From contig CAVQUB010000026.1 of assembly GCA_963716725.1 (NCBI GenBank), positions 1 through 35,488 on the forward strand: 35,488 bases of DNA, given 5' to 3'. The position numbers and the translations under genes are program-made. The DNA comes from an uncultured delta proteobacterium (GTDB lineage: Bacteria > Myxococcota_A > Polyangia > Polyangiales > Polyangiaceae). The notes under the pieces are model-generated. The model saw only the letters and a list, made by a program, of their open reading frames with translations, was not told the origin of the DNA and did not search any database. Positions 11,049-19,770 of this stretch are shown here, piece by piece (position 1 is the first letter of the stretch; the number at the start of each line of letters is the position of its first letter).

Positions 11049-12880
11049 GTTCGCGTAAGCTTTTGATTCTGGCGCTCGCCGCGGCGCCCGCGTGCTCGCC
11101 GGCGACCACCAACACGACCACTGCGTTCTCGTCGAATTGGCAGAGTGACGGCGGAAAATCCATTCAGGCGGTCTACGCAAAGGTCTCCTCCGCGGCGCTG
11201 CCCCCGGGAGCAGCGGTCGCGGTCGGCGTCACCAGAGACGGCTTGGTCGGCGTGGGCCTCGATGGCTCCGGCAAGTGGAAAGCGGCGGGTCGACCGGACT
11301 CTCAACCCGCAATCGCGGGCGACGTGGTGGTGATCACCAGGCGCGGTCAGCTGTCGGCCCTCGACGCCAAGAGCGGCAAGGAGCTCTGGCGCGTGCCAGT
11401 CGAAGGCCGCGTGCTCCGCGGCGCCGGCGACGACGGCGCGACGACCGTGGTCTCGCTCGGGCTTCCAGCCGGTGGCAGCAGCTTGCTCATGGCCGTGAGC
11501 CGCGACGGCAGCGTCACGCGCAAGCTCGAGCCCGAGGCGTCGGAGTTGGGCGTGCCCGCGGTCCAAGGCAACGTGGCTTTCGTGCCTTGGGCCAATCAGT
11601 ACGTGTCCGCCATCGATCTCGGCTCCGGTGACGAAATCGGGCGGCTGCTCCTGCGCGATCAGGTCAGCCACGCGGTGAACTACGGCGGACGGCTGCACTT
11701 TGGAGAGCGCGCGTTGATCCGCTTCGACGAGAAGATCGGCGGCGCGGCCAAGGGCGACGCCAACGCGGTGAAGCTCCCCGAACGTGAGCTGCCCGGCAAG
11801 CCCGTCTGGTACGCCAGTGGGATCCAGGTGACGCCCGCCGCGGCCTCGGCGCGGGAGAAGATCCGCCTCTTCGCGCGCCCGGCAGACAACGCGGGCAGCC
11901 TCGGCATCGCCGGGGGGCGCTACGCTGCGACGTACTTTCGCGTCGTGATGGGGCTGGACGCTGCGGACGGTGCCCTGCGGTGGGTGCAGACCTTCGGGAA
12001 CGACGTGCTCGGTGGAGCCGCCGCGACCAACGGTTTTGCGTTCTGCGACGCCGCGGGCAAGGTATCGCTGGTCGACTCCAACGGCGGAGACGCCGGCGGC
12101 GCCGATCTCGGCGCGCCGCTCGTCGGCTGCGTGGTGCAGACTGGCGCCTTCAGCGTGCCGGCGGGCAAGTCAGCGGGCTCGTTGCCCGAGCAGCTCGCGA
12201 AGGCCATCGAGGTCCGCGAGACCGAGATGGCCACGGCGCAGCGCTTCTTGTTGCGAGAACTGGGCACCATGCAAGAGCCGCTGGTGACCAAGGCGTTGGT
12301 CGATCTCGCCAGCAACCCGCGTACTCCCGCGCTCCTGCTCGAAGACGCGCGTCAGCTGTTGGCAGCACGCCGGAATGGAGCCGACTTCATGCTCGAGGCG
12401 CTGAGCCGTCACTACGACTTCTTGAGCGACGTGCTGCGCTCGCCGCCGGTGGGACCCCTCGCCGACGCGCTGGCCGCCATGAACGAGACCAAGGCCGCGG
12501 GACCCCTGGCCCACCACCTGAACGATGCGGCGAATACGCCCAGCGACATCGAACGGGCGGCGCGGGCGCTGTCCAAGCTCGCGACTGCGTCGGAGTTCGG
12601 CGAGCTCAAGACCTTCTTCGCGCTTTACCGCGCGACCGCCGACGAAAAAGAGCTGGTGAACGCGGTGCTCTCGGTGGCCCAAGCGCTGCTCCGCATCGGC
12701 GGCGAGGACGGCAAGAGCGTGGTGGCCGAAGCCTCGAAGGATCCGCTGACACATCCCGACGTCAAGGCGGGCCTTGCGAATCTCTCGATCTCGAACACCG
12801 CTCCGTCGAAGCCGGGCAAAGGCACGCCCGCGGCCGGCGAGGCTCCGAAGCCCGCGGAAAAGCCCGCGACCAAGGGCTGA
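11045..12880 (+). CDS. Lipoprotein with PQQ-like beta-propeller and C-terminal helical (HEAT-like) region
   Basis: MSSRKLLILALAAAPAC lipobox; LSALDAKSGKELWRV and GLDAADGALRWV PQQ-type blades; ATGA overlap with the upstream gene. Confidence 0.85.
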   Translation: MSSRKLLILALAAAPACSPATTNTTTAFSSNWQSDGGKSIQAVYAKVSSAALPPGAAVAVGVTRDGLVGVGLDGSGKWKAAGRPDSQPAIAGDVVVITRRGQLSALDAKSGKELWRVPVEGRVLRGAGDDGATTVVSLGLPAGGSSLLMAVSRDGSVTRKLEPEASELGVPAVQGNVAFVPWANQYVSAIDLGSGDEIGRLLLRDQVSHAVNYGGRLHFGERALIRFDEKIGGAAKGDANAVKLPERELPGKPVWYASGIQVTPAAASAREKIRLFARPADNAGSLGIAGGRYAATYFRVVMGLDAADGALRWVQTFGNDVLGGAAATNGFAFCDAAGKVSLVDSNGGDAGGADLGAPLVGCVVQTGAFSVPAGKSAGSLPEQLAKAIEVRETEMATAQRFLLRELGTMQEPLVTKALVDLASNPRTPALLLEDARQLLAARRNGADFMLEALSRHYDFLSDVLRSPPVGPLADALAAMNETKAAGPLAHHLNDAANTPSDIERAARALSKLATASEFGELKTFFALYRATADEKELVNAVLSVAQALLRIGGEDGKSVVAEASKDPLTHPDVKAGLANLSISNTAPSKPGKGTPAAGEAPKPAEKPATKG

Positions 12881-12954
12881 GCGCAAGCCCGCTGCCGGGA
12901 GTGAGCAGGTAGGCGCGGCGACCACGTCGCAGCTCGTTGCGGGTGTCCCGACTC

Positions 12955-13151
12955 CGCCAACGACCACGTCGCAACGCGCTCCGGCGAGGCGAATGGCGTG
13001 TACGGCGCCAACGACCACGTCGCAACGCGCTCCGGCGAGGCGAATGGCGCGTACGGCGCCAACGACCACGTCGCAACGCGCTCCGGCGAGGCGAATGGCG
13101 CGTACGGCGCCAACGACCACGTCGCAACGCGCTGCGCGGTGGCGAATGGCG
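12955..13151. repeat. Intergenic 51-bp tandem repeat array A (3 full copies plus 1 degenerate; isolated core copy near 12918)
   Basis: Unit cgccaacgaccacgtcgcaacgcgctccggcgaggcgaatggcg(t/c)gtacgg starting at 12955, 13006, 13057 and 13108, lying between convergent stops at 12880 and 13158. Confidence 0.95.
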
Positions 13152-13157
13152 GTCCCC

Positions 13158-13679
13158 TCAGTTCACTTTGCAGCTTCCACCGGGGCAGGAAATCGAGCAA
13201 TCCGCGGGGTTGGCGCAGGTCGCCTTGCAGTTGCCGCCGGTGCAGCCGACGGCGCACTTTGCGCCGGCCTCGCACACGCTCTTGCAGTTGCCCCCGGGGC
13301 AGTCGTTGTTGCAGGTCGCGCCCGCCGCGCAGCTGACCTCGCAGTTGCCCCCAGTGCATGACAGCGTGCAGGTCGAGCCCGCGGCGCAGGCGAGCTTGCA
13401 GTTGCCGCCCGCGCAGCCCGCGTTGCAGGTCTGATTCGCGTCGCAGGCGAGCTTGCAGTTGCCCGCGGGACAGCCATCGCCCAGCGTGACCGCGACCGCG
13501 ACGCCGCCCGAGCCAGGCTGCGCGCCGGGCTGAGCCGCGGGATCCGCGGGCGCGGCGGGGCCACCTTGCGCTTGGGCTTGCCCCTGCCCTTGCGCCTTCA
13601 TCTGGCCTTCGCCAGCCGCGTGCATGACGCATCCACCAAGAACGAGCGCGAGGAAAGGACCAATGAATGAACGAATCAC
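13158..13679 (-). CDS. Lipoprotein made of 19-aa four-Cys repeats
   Basis: GGAGG 6 nt before GTG 13679; lipobox LVLGGC; 5.5 repeats of C-x-GGN-C-x3-C-x5-C-x3. Confidence 0.85.
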   Translation of the reverse strand: MIRSFIGPFLALVLGGCVMHAAGEGQMKAQGQGQAQAQGGPAAPADPAAQPGAQPGSGGVAVAVTLGDGCPAGNCKLACDANQTCNAGCAGGNCKLACAAGSTCTLSCTGGNCEVSCAAGATCNNDCPGGNCKSVCEAGAKCAVGCTGGNCKATCANPADCSISCPGGSCKVN

Positions 13680-13856
13680 GACGAACCTCCCTGAGAGAGC
13701 CAAGCGGACGTTATCCAACCCGGCCCGCCGGGGCCAAGTCGGCACTCTCGGTGTTTGCACTTCGCGTGCCAGAGAACAGGTCCGCGATATTGCCCGGCTG
13801 CCCGCGAAGATGGAGGGTTCGACCCTGCAACGTGGCTGCTGGCGCCCCGCCAGACT

Positions 13857-14333
13857 TCAGTCGCCGACGCGAACTCGAGGCTTGCCGTCGGGATCGACCG
13901 GAGGCTCGGGAGTCTCTGCCGCTTCGGTCTCGTCGGCCGCAACCGGGGGAGGGGGGGCACTCTTGGACTCGGTGCGAGCGCCTTCCTTGGCGCCGGCGAT
14001 GGCGCCGCTCGCGATGCGTTCCACCCGCTCGGCCACTCGCTCCATCACGCTGAGCAATTCGCGCCCGGCGTCTTCGGCGACCTCTTCGATCTTGCGCGGA
14101 TCGAGGTTCTTCGCCGCCTTGCGCCCGAGGTCGCCGACCTTGCGTGCGTCGACCTGCTCCAGATTTCGGATCGCTCGGCGTCCCACCTCTTCAATTCGGT
14201 TGGGGTCGACGTTCTTGAGCGCCTTCTTTGCAGCGCTGAGCATCAGGTGCAGGCCATCCGCGAGGTCCTTCGATGCGGATGGGCGCGGCTGTTCGTCGGA
14301 GGTCTCCGGGTCCTGGGGCGGCTCGCTGGACAT
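13857..14333 (-). CDS. Hypothetical helical protein
   Basis: MSSEPPQDPE...DLADGLHLMLSAAKKAL; internal repeat DPNRIEEVGRRA / DARKVGDLGRKA / DPRKIEEVAEDA; typical codon bias. Confidence 0.7.
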   Translation of the reverse strand: MSSEPPQDPETSDEQPRPSASKDLADGLHLMLSAAKKALKNVDPNRIEEVGRRAIRNLEQVDARKVGDLGRKAAKNLDPRKIEEVAEDAGRELLSVMERVAERVERIASGAIAGAKEGARTESKSAPPPPVAADETEAAETPEPPVDPDGKPRVRVGD

Positions 14334-14374
14334 GGAGCGTAGGATGGCCACGTCGCTCGGAGGGCGCAAGACCG

Positions 14375-15292
14375 CTAGGCCACGGCAGGTTTTGCCCGAC
14401 CCGCGAGCAAGAGCAAGACGGCCACGATCACGAGGCCAGCGCCGGTCAGCGTCCACCCGCTCAGCACCTCGTCGAACAAGAAGACGCCCCAGCTCGCCGC
14501 GAAGACGATCTGCACGTACCCGATGGTCGTGCCGCGCGCCGCCGGCATCAGCGCGAGCCCGCGAGTCATGAAGGTCTGGCCGAGCTGCGTCGCGACGCCG
14601 AGCCCGAGCATCAAGAGCCAGCATCTGGGGCTCGGCCACACCCACGCCACCAGCGCGAAGGGCAACGCGAGCGGCGCCGCGAACATGGCGAAGTACAGCA
14701 CGATCACGTCGGGGTGTTCGGTGCGGGCCAGGCGTCGCACCGTCGCGTAGGCGCACGCGCTCAGCAGCGCGCTGCCGAGGGCCACCGCGATACCGGTTGC
14801 ATCGAGCGGTGTGCCTGCTCCGAAGACGAAGCTCGGTCGCGCGACGATCACCGTTCCGGTGAGCGCAAGCGCGATGGCGACGAGCAGGCGACCGTCGATG
14901 CTCTCGCCCAGAAAGAGCGCGGCGATGATCGCGACAAAGACGGGATTCAGGTAGTGCAGCACCGTCGCCTCGGCGAGCGGCAAGGCGGTCACCGCGTAGA
15001 AATAACAAGCCAGCGCACCGGTGCCGAAGAGCGCGCGCTGGACCAGCCCCCGCTTGTCGTGACCCCAGGGGTGAATGCGCCTGGCGGTGACCCACGCGAC
15101 GCTGAGCACCAACGTGACGATTCCGCGGGCGAGTACCAGCATCGCGACGGGAAGCTCCCGGCCTGCGAGCTTGACCTGGACACTCATCACACTGAACGCG
15201 AGCGCTGACAGGACGAGCAGGGCTTGCCCCCGCCGCTCGTCGCTGACCGTCAGCACGCGAGCGTTTATGGCGGTGCCGGTGAGTTTCGGCAA
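14375..15292 (-). CDS. DMT/EamA family transporter (true start possibly ~40 nt downstream)
   Basis: About 10 TM segments; LPLAEATVLHYLNPVFVAIIAALFLGE; YVQIVFAASWGVFLFDE. Confidence 0.92.
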   Translation of the reverse strand: MPKLTGTAINARVLTVSDERRGQALLVLSALAFSVMSVQVKLAGRELPVAMLVLARGIVTLVLSVAWVTARRIHPWGHDKRGLVQRALFGTGALACYFYAVTALPLAEATVLHYLNPVFVAIIAALFLGESIDGRLLVAIALALTGTVIVARPSFVFGAGTPLDATGIAVALGSALLSACAYATVRRLARTEHPDVIVLYFAMFAAPLALPFALVAWVWPSPRCWLLMLGLGVATQLGQTFMTRGLALMPAARGTTIGYVQIVFAASWGVFLFDEVLSGWTLTGAGLVIVAVLLLLAGRAKPAVA

Positions 15293-15374
15293 CCGGCAGG
15301 CGGGTTGGGCCTGGCGTTTGTGGCGAACGGCCCAATGTTCCGAGCCTGTTTTCCGAAGCTAGGTTTCCTCGACG

Positions 15375-16340
<966 letters not shown>

Positions 16341-16362
16341 CGAACCGTGGCATGCTGCCGGC

Positions 16363-17184
16363 ATGAAGCTCCTGTGGGGCGGCATGGTTTTCTGCGGCCT
16401 GGTGCTCGCGATGGGCTGCGGCAGTCGATCGCGACTCTTGGGTCCTGACCCGAGCTCGGGCGGCACTGGCGCCCTGGGTGGCGGCGGTGGCGGCGGCGGC
16501 GTTGGCGGAATCGGCGGCGTGGGCGGAAGCGGCGGCGCTCCCCTGGGGGGTGCGGGCGGCACTTCGAGCTGCGGCCCGATCGATTCCGGCGCTCCGTGCA
16601 CCACCTTGAGCGAGACCGGCTGCCTGACGGCGTTCCCGCGCTGCGCGCCGGTCTACGACGACGAGTGTTGCTCGTCTTGTGATCCGGGCCCCTGCGCGGA
16701 CTGCGTGAGCTGGCGCTTCCAGCACTGCGTGGACCGGGAGCTGTCCGACTGCGAGCCCGGGACCATCGGCCTGTGCGGGTTCACTCCGCCTTGGGCGTGC
16801 AGCGGCGGAAAGGCCGACTGCTCGAGCTCGCAGTGCAACTCGATGCCCGGCTGCGTGGAAGCGCTGCCGCAGGATTGTCCCGAGGACTCCATCTGTGGAC
16901 CCGAGTGTCACGCGGTCACGGCGGGCAGCTGCGGCCCGCTGTGCGAGATCAGCGGTCCCTCTCAGCCGTGCCCGGCCACGACGACCCGGGAGCACGCCTC
17001 CGGCAAGCTCACGGGCTACTGCATCCCGTCGGAGGTGTGCGCCCTGGGGCCGAGCGACTGCCCGGCACAGATGCCGTCGGGCACCTGTGCCACGCCGGGG
17101 CAGATCTGCACCTACGGCGGCTGGTGCAAGAACACCTGCACTTGCGACGGCGGAGTGTGGAGCTGCATCACGCCGCCCTGCTGA
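16363..17184 (+). CDS. Cys-rich lipoprotein of unknown function
   Basis: Lipobox LAMGC, poly-Gly linker, then a Cys-dense region ending CTCDGGVWSC. Confidence 0.8.
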   Translation: MKLLWGGMVFCGLVLAMGCGSRSRLLGPDPSSGGTGALGGGGGGGGVGGIGGVGGSGGAPLGGAGGTSSCGPIDSGAPCTTLSETGCLTAFPRCAPVYDDECCSSCDPGPCADCVSWRFQHCVDRELSDCEPGTIGLCGFTPPWACSGGKADCSSSQCNSMPGCVEALPQDCPEDSICGPECHAVTAGSCGPLCEISGPSQPCPATTTREHASGKLTGYCIPSEVCALGPSDCPAQMPSGTCATPGQICTYGGWCKNTCTCDGGVWSCITPPC

Positions 17185-17194
17185 GGGGCGCGAA

Positions 17195-18352
17195 TCACGA
17201 GCGGGCGGCGATCTCGCCGAAGGCCTCGCGTTCGACCGCGAGCTCGGCCGCGCCGGTGGTGGTCTCGGACTTCAGGAAATTCTTGTAGCGGTGGCTCGGT
17301 CGGGTGGCCTTGCAATAGGCGTTGAAGGCCTGGTTGAAGACGCGGGTCTGCACGGCGGCCTCTTCGGGTTGCAGGAAGCCTGCGCGCTCCGAGAGGTGGG
17401 TCACCTTGCGCATGATCGAGCCGGCAAAGTCGAAGGCGTCGATGCCCAGGACCGCCAGATCGGCCTCGAGCAGCATGATCAGAGGGAGGGCCGGCAACGC
17501 CATTTTCAGCCTTCGCATGCGCGCAACGGGGCTCTTCTTCTGCCAGCGCGAGAGCGGAAACTCCTTGAAGTAATTGGCCGGCAAGGCGGTGTGACGACTC
17601 TCGTCGAGGTGGAAGAGGCGCAGAACTTCGAGGCCGGGCATCGTCGACAGGAGGCCAAAGATGCTGAGCGCGATGCTCTCGACCAACACGTTCATGCCGA
17701 AGAACTTGTCCAAGCCCTTGGCCTTGAGGGCTCCTTCGAGCAGCAGGTACTCCCACACGCTCTGACGTGGGATCTCGACCCCGAAGGCCTGCATCAGCTC
17801 GCGCATGACGACGAAGTGCTTGGCCTCCTCCAGGATCTGCATGGTCAGCGCAGCCTTGGCCCCGGTGCTCTTCACCTCGGGCAAGAGGCTGGCCGAGACC
17901 AACCACGCATAGGCCTCGCCGTGGCCGATGGCGGACAGCACGGCGACGATGGCGCGCTTCTGCTCGAGGCTGTACTCGCGATCGAGCAGCGCCTTGAACT
18001 CGTGGCTGGTGATCCGGGAGCGCAGCGCGCGCTCCTCGTCCGACAGGTGCTTCTCGGCCAGGTCCATCAGCTCGCGCTCGTACTCGTTGCAGTCGCGGAA
18101 GCTCGACCAGGGCAAGGCCGCTTCGCCCTTCCACAGCAGGCGCAGGCTCTTGTCGTAGTGCTTCTTGCGCAGCGTGTCCCCGGAGCCGCCGATGAACTCG
18201 TAGTGCACGTCGTCGTACTTTGCCGCGCGGCCGCCCAAGTGCAGGCGACCGAGCACGTCGTCGTAGGAGCGCACGATGCGATTTCCGAGCCGTTCGACCT
18301 CGAGGTTCAGCTGCGTGGCCCTGGGGTTTACCGTCAGCTTTTGGAGTTCCAT
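17195..18352 (-). CDS. Ferritin-like (diiron carboxylate) protein
   Basis: E(GEAY)...EEAKH...E(VESIA)...DESRH ligand pattern of four-helix diiron proteins. Confidence 0.8.
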   Translation of the reverse strand: MELQKLTVNPRATQLNLEVERLGNRIVRSYDDVLGRLHLGGRAAKYDDVHYEFIGGSGDTLRKKHYDKSLRLLWKGEAALPWSSFRDCNEYERELMDLAEKHLSDEERALRSRITSHEFKALLDREYSLEQKRAIVAVLSAIGHGEAYAWLVSASLLPEVKSTGAKAALTMQILEEAKHFVVMRELMQAFGVEIPRQSVWEYLLLEGALKAKGLDKFFGMNVLVESIALSIFGLLSTMPGLEVLRLFHLDESRHTALPANYFKEFPLSRWQKKSPVARMRRLKMALPALPLIMLLEADLAVLGIDAFDFAGSIMRKVTHLSERAGFLQPEEAAVQTRVFNQAFNAYCKATRPSHRYKNFLKSETTTGAAELAVEREAFGEIAARS

Positions 18353-18382
18353 GGCCCCTCGAGTGTACGACCGAAGGGCGGT

Positions 18383-19189
18383 TCAGACCACCCGCAAGGG
18401 GTCTCGGTCTCGGGCCGACACCACCACGTCGAGGGCCGGCAGCTGCTGGGCCAGTTGCCGCGCAAAGGTCGGCAAGAAGCCACGCTCGGTGTTGGTGTGA
18501 TCACACAGGATCACGCTGGCCCCGGCCGCCACCTTGGCCCGCACGTCGTGGTGGCGCATCTCTCCCGTCAGGTACAGCTCCGGCCCGTCGAGTGGGGCGA
18601 AGAGCGAGCCGCCCGCGCCGGCGCAGACGGCCGCGCGGGTGATCAACGCTCCTTCGTCGTGCCTTGGCGACGAGGCCACGCGCAGGTGCGAGAGACCCAG
18701 GTGCGCCTTCACCCGCGCAACGATGGCATTCAGATCCAGCGCCGTGGCCAGCACCACGCTGCGCCCCATGCCGGTGTCCGCGCTGCCGTCAGCAGCGGGA
18801 GCGAGCGGCGCGCGAGCGCCTTCACCCAGGGCTTGGGCGAGCCAATCGTTGACGCCACGAGGAGCCGCGTCCAGGGCGGTGTGGGGGGAGTACACGGCGA
18901 TCCCCGAGCGGAGCGCCTCGATCAGCACGCGTTCGCCGGCTGTCCCCTGCGTCAGGCGCTTCAAGCCGGCAAAGATCGGTGGGTGGTACGCGATGACCAG
19001 CTCCGCGCCGCGCTCTTCTGCCTCGTCGAGCACGTCCTCACCGAGGTCGATGGTCAGGAGCACGCGGTTGACCGGGTGGTCGTCGTGGTGCGGCTCGAGC
19101 AAGAGACCGACGTTGTCCCAGCTCTCGGCGTAGCGGAGCGGGGCCAGAGCTTCGAGCACCGGTACGATCTGCGACAGCGGCGTCGACAT
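18383..19189 (-). CDS. Nif3-like dinuclear metal centre protein (YbgI/DUF34)
   Basis: APLRYAESWDNVGLL, YHPPIF, YSPHTALD, GVNDWLA, CAGAGGS, YLTGEMRHH and DHTNTER. Confidence 0.95.
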   Translation of the reverse strand: MSTPLSQIVPVLEALAPLRYAESWDNVGLLLEPHHDDHPVNRVLLTIDLGEDVLDEAEERGAELVIAYHPPIFAGLKRLTQGTAGERVLIEALRSGIAVYSPHTALDAAPRGVNDWLAQALGEGARAPLAPAADGSADTGMGRSVVLATALDLNAIVARVKAHLGLSHLRVASSPRHDEGALITRAAVCAGAGGSLFAPLDGPELYLTGEMRHHDVRAKVAAGASVILCDHTNTERGFLPTFARQLAQQLPALDVVVSARDRDPLRVV

Positions 19190-19218
19190 GGATCGGGAGC
19201 CTACTATGCTACGCGGCC
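19190..19218. promoter_or_regulatory. Putative back-to-back divergent promoters
   Basis: 29-bp gap; TAGGCT (minus strand, 19198-19203) 8 nt before ATG 19189 and TATGCT (plus strand, 19205-19210) 8 nt before GTG 19219; no SD. Confidence 0.55.
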
Positions 19219-19770
19219 GTGAGTGACCCCTTGCCAGTCTCCGCGCGCTTCGTGCTTGCGTTCGTCTGCTTCTTTCGCGTGCTCTTCGACGGACTCTTCG
19301 CCGCCCGTGTGCGCGCCGTTCAGAGCGGTCCTGCGTCCGAGCCTGAGCTTCCGCCCGCGCCGCCCGAGCCGGAGCCGAAGAAGGAGCCGCCGAGCTTGGT
19401 GCCCGCGCTCGAGTTGCTCGGGCTCTTGCAGCGCGAAGGGCGCTTCGTCGACTTCGTGAAGCAGGACGTCGCGGGTTTCTCCGACGCGGACATCGGCGCC
19501 GCTGCTCGCGTCGTGCACGAGGGGTGCCGCAAGGCCCTCGCTGCGCACGCGACCATCGAGCACATTCGCAGCGAAGATGAAGGGTCGTCGATCACGCTCG
19601 CAGCCGGCTTCGACGCGGCGGAGGTGAAGCTCACGGGCAAGGTCGGGGGCTCGGCGCCTTACCGAGGCACGCTGCAACACAAGGGCTGGCGCGTGAAGAA
19701 GCTACAGCTGCCCAGCGTGATCGACGGTCACGACGCGCACCTGCTGTACCCGGCGGAAGTCGAGCTATGA
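19219..19770 (+). CDS. DUF2760 family protein (GrpE-like C-terminal motifs)
   Basis: ALELLGLLQREGRFVDF, DADIGAAARVVHEGCRK, EGSSITLAAGFD, LTGKV, GTLQHKGW and PAEVEL match the DUF2760 pattern; overlaps the Hsp70 start (ATGA). Confidence 0.85.
   Translation: MSDPLPVSARFVLAFVCFFRVLFDGLFAARVRAVQSGPASEPELPPAPPEPEPKKEPPSLVPALELLGLLQREGRFVDFVKQDVAGFSDADIGAAARVVHEGCRKALAAHATIEHIRSEDEGSSITLAAGFDAAEVKLTGKVGGSAPYRGTLQHKGWRVKKLQLPSVIDGHDAHLLYPAEVEL

Noticed and set aside
12762..13434. ORFs running through array A with 17-aa repeats (and similar ORFs across array B)
   Set aside because: A 51-bp period without stops opens several frames on both strands. In the most protein-like frame the A-versus-B differences are mostly non-synonymous, and no credible starts exist
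16895..19222. 775-aa plus-strand ORF and other long antisense ORFs
   Set aside because: Shadow ORFs opposite well-supported genes, expected in high-GC DNA; no motifs
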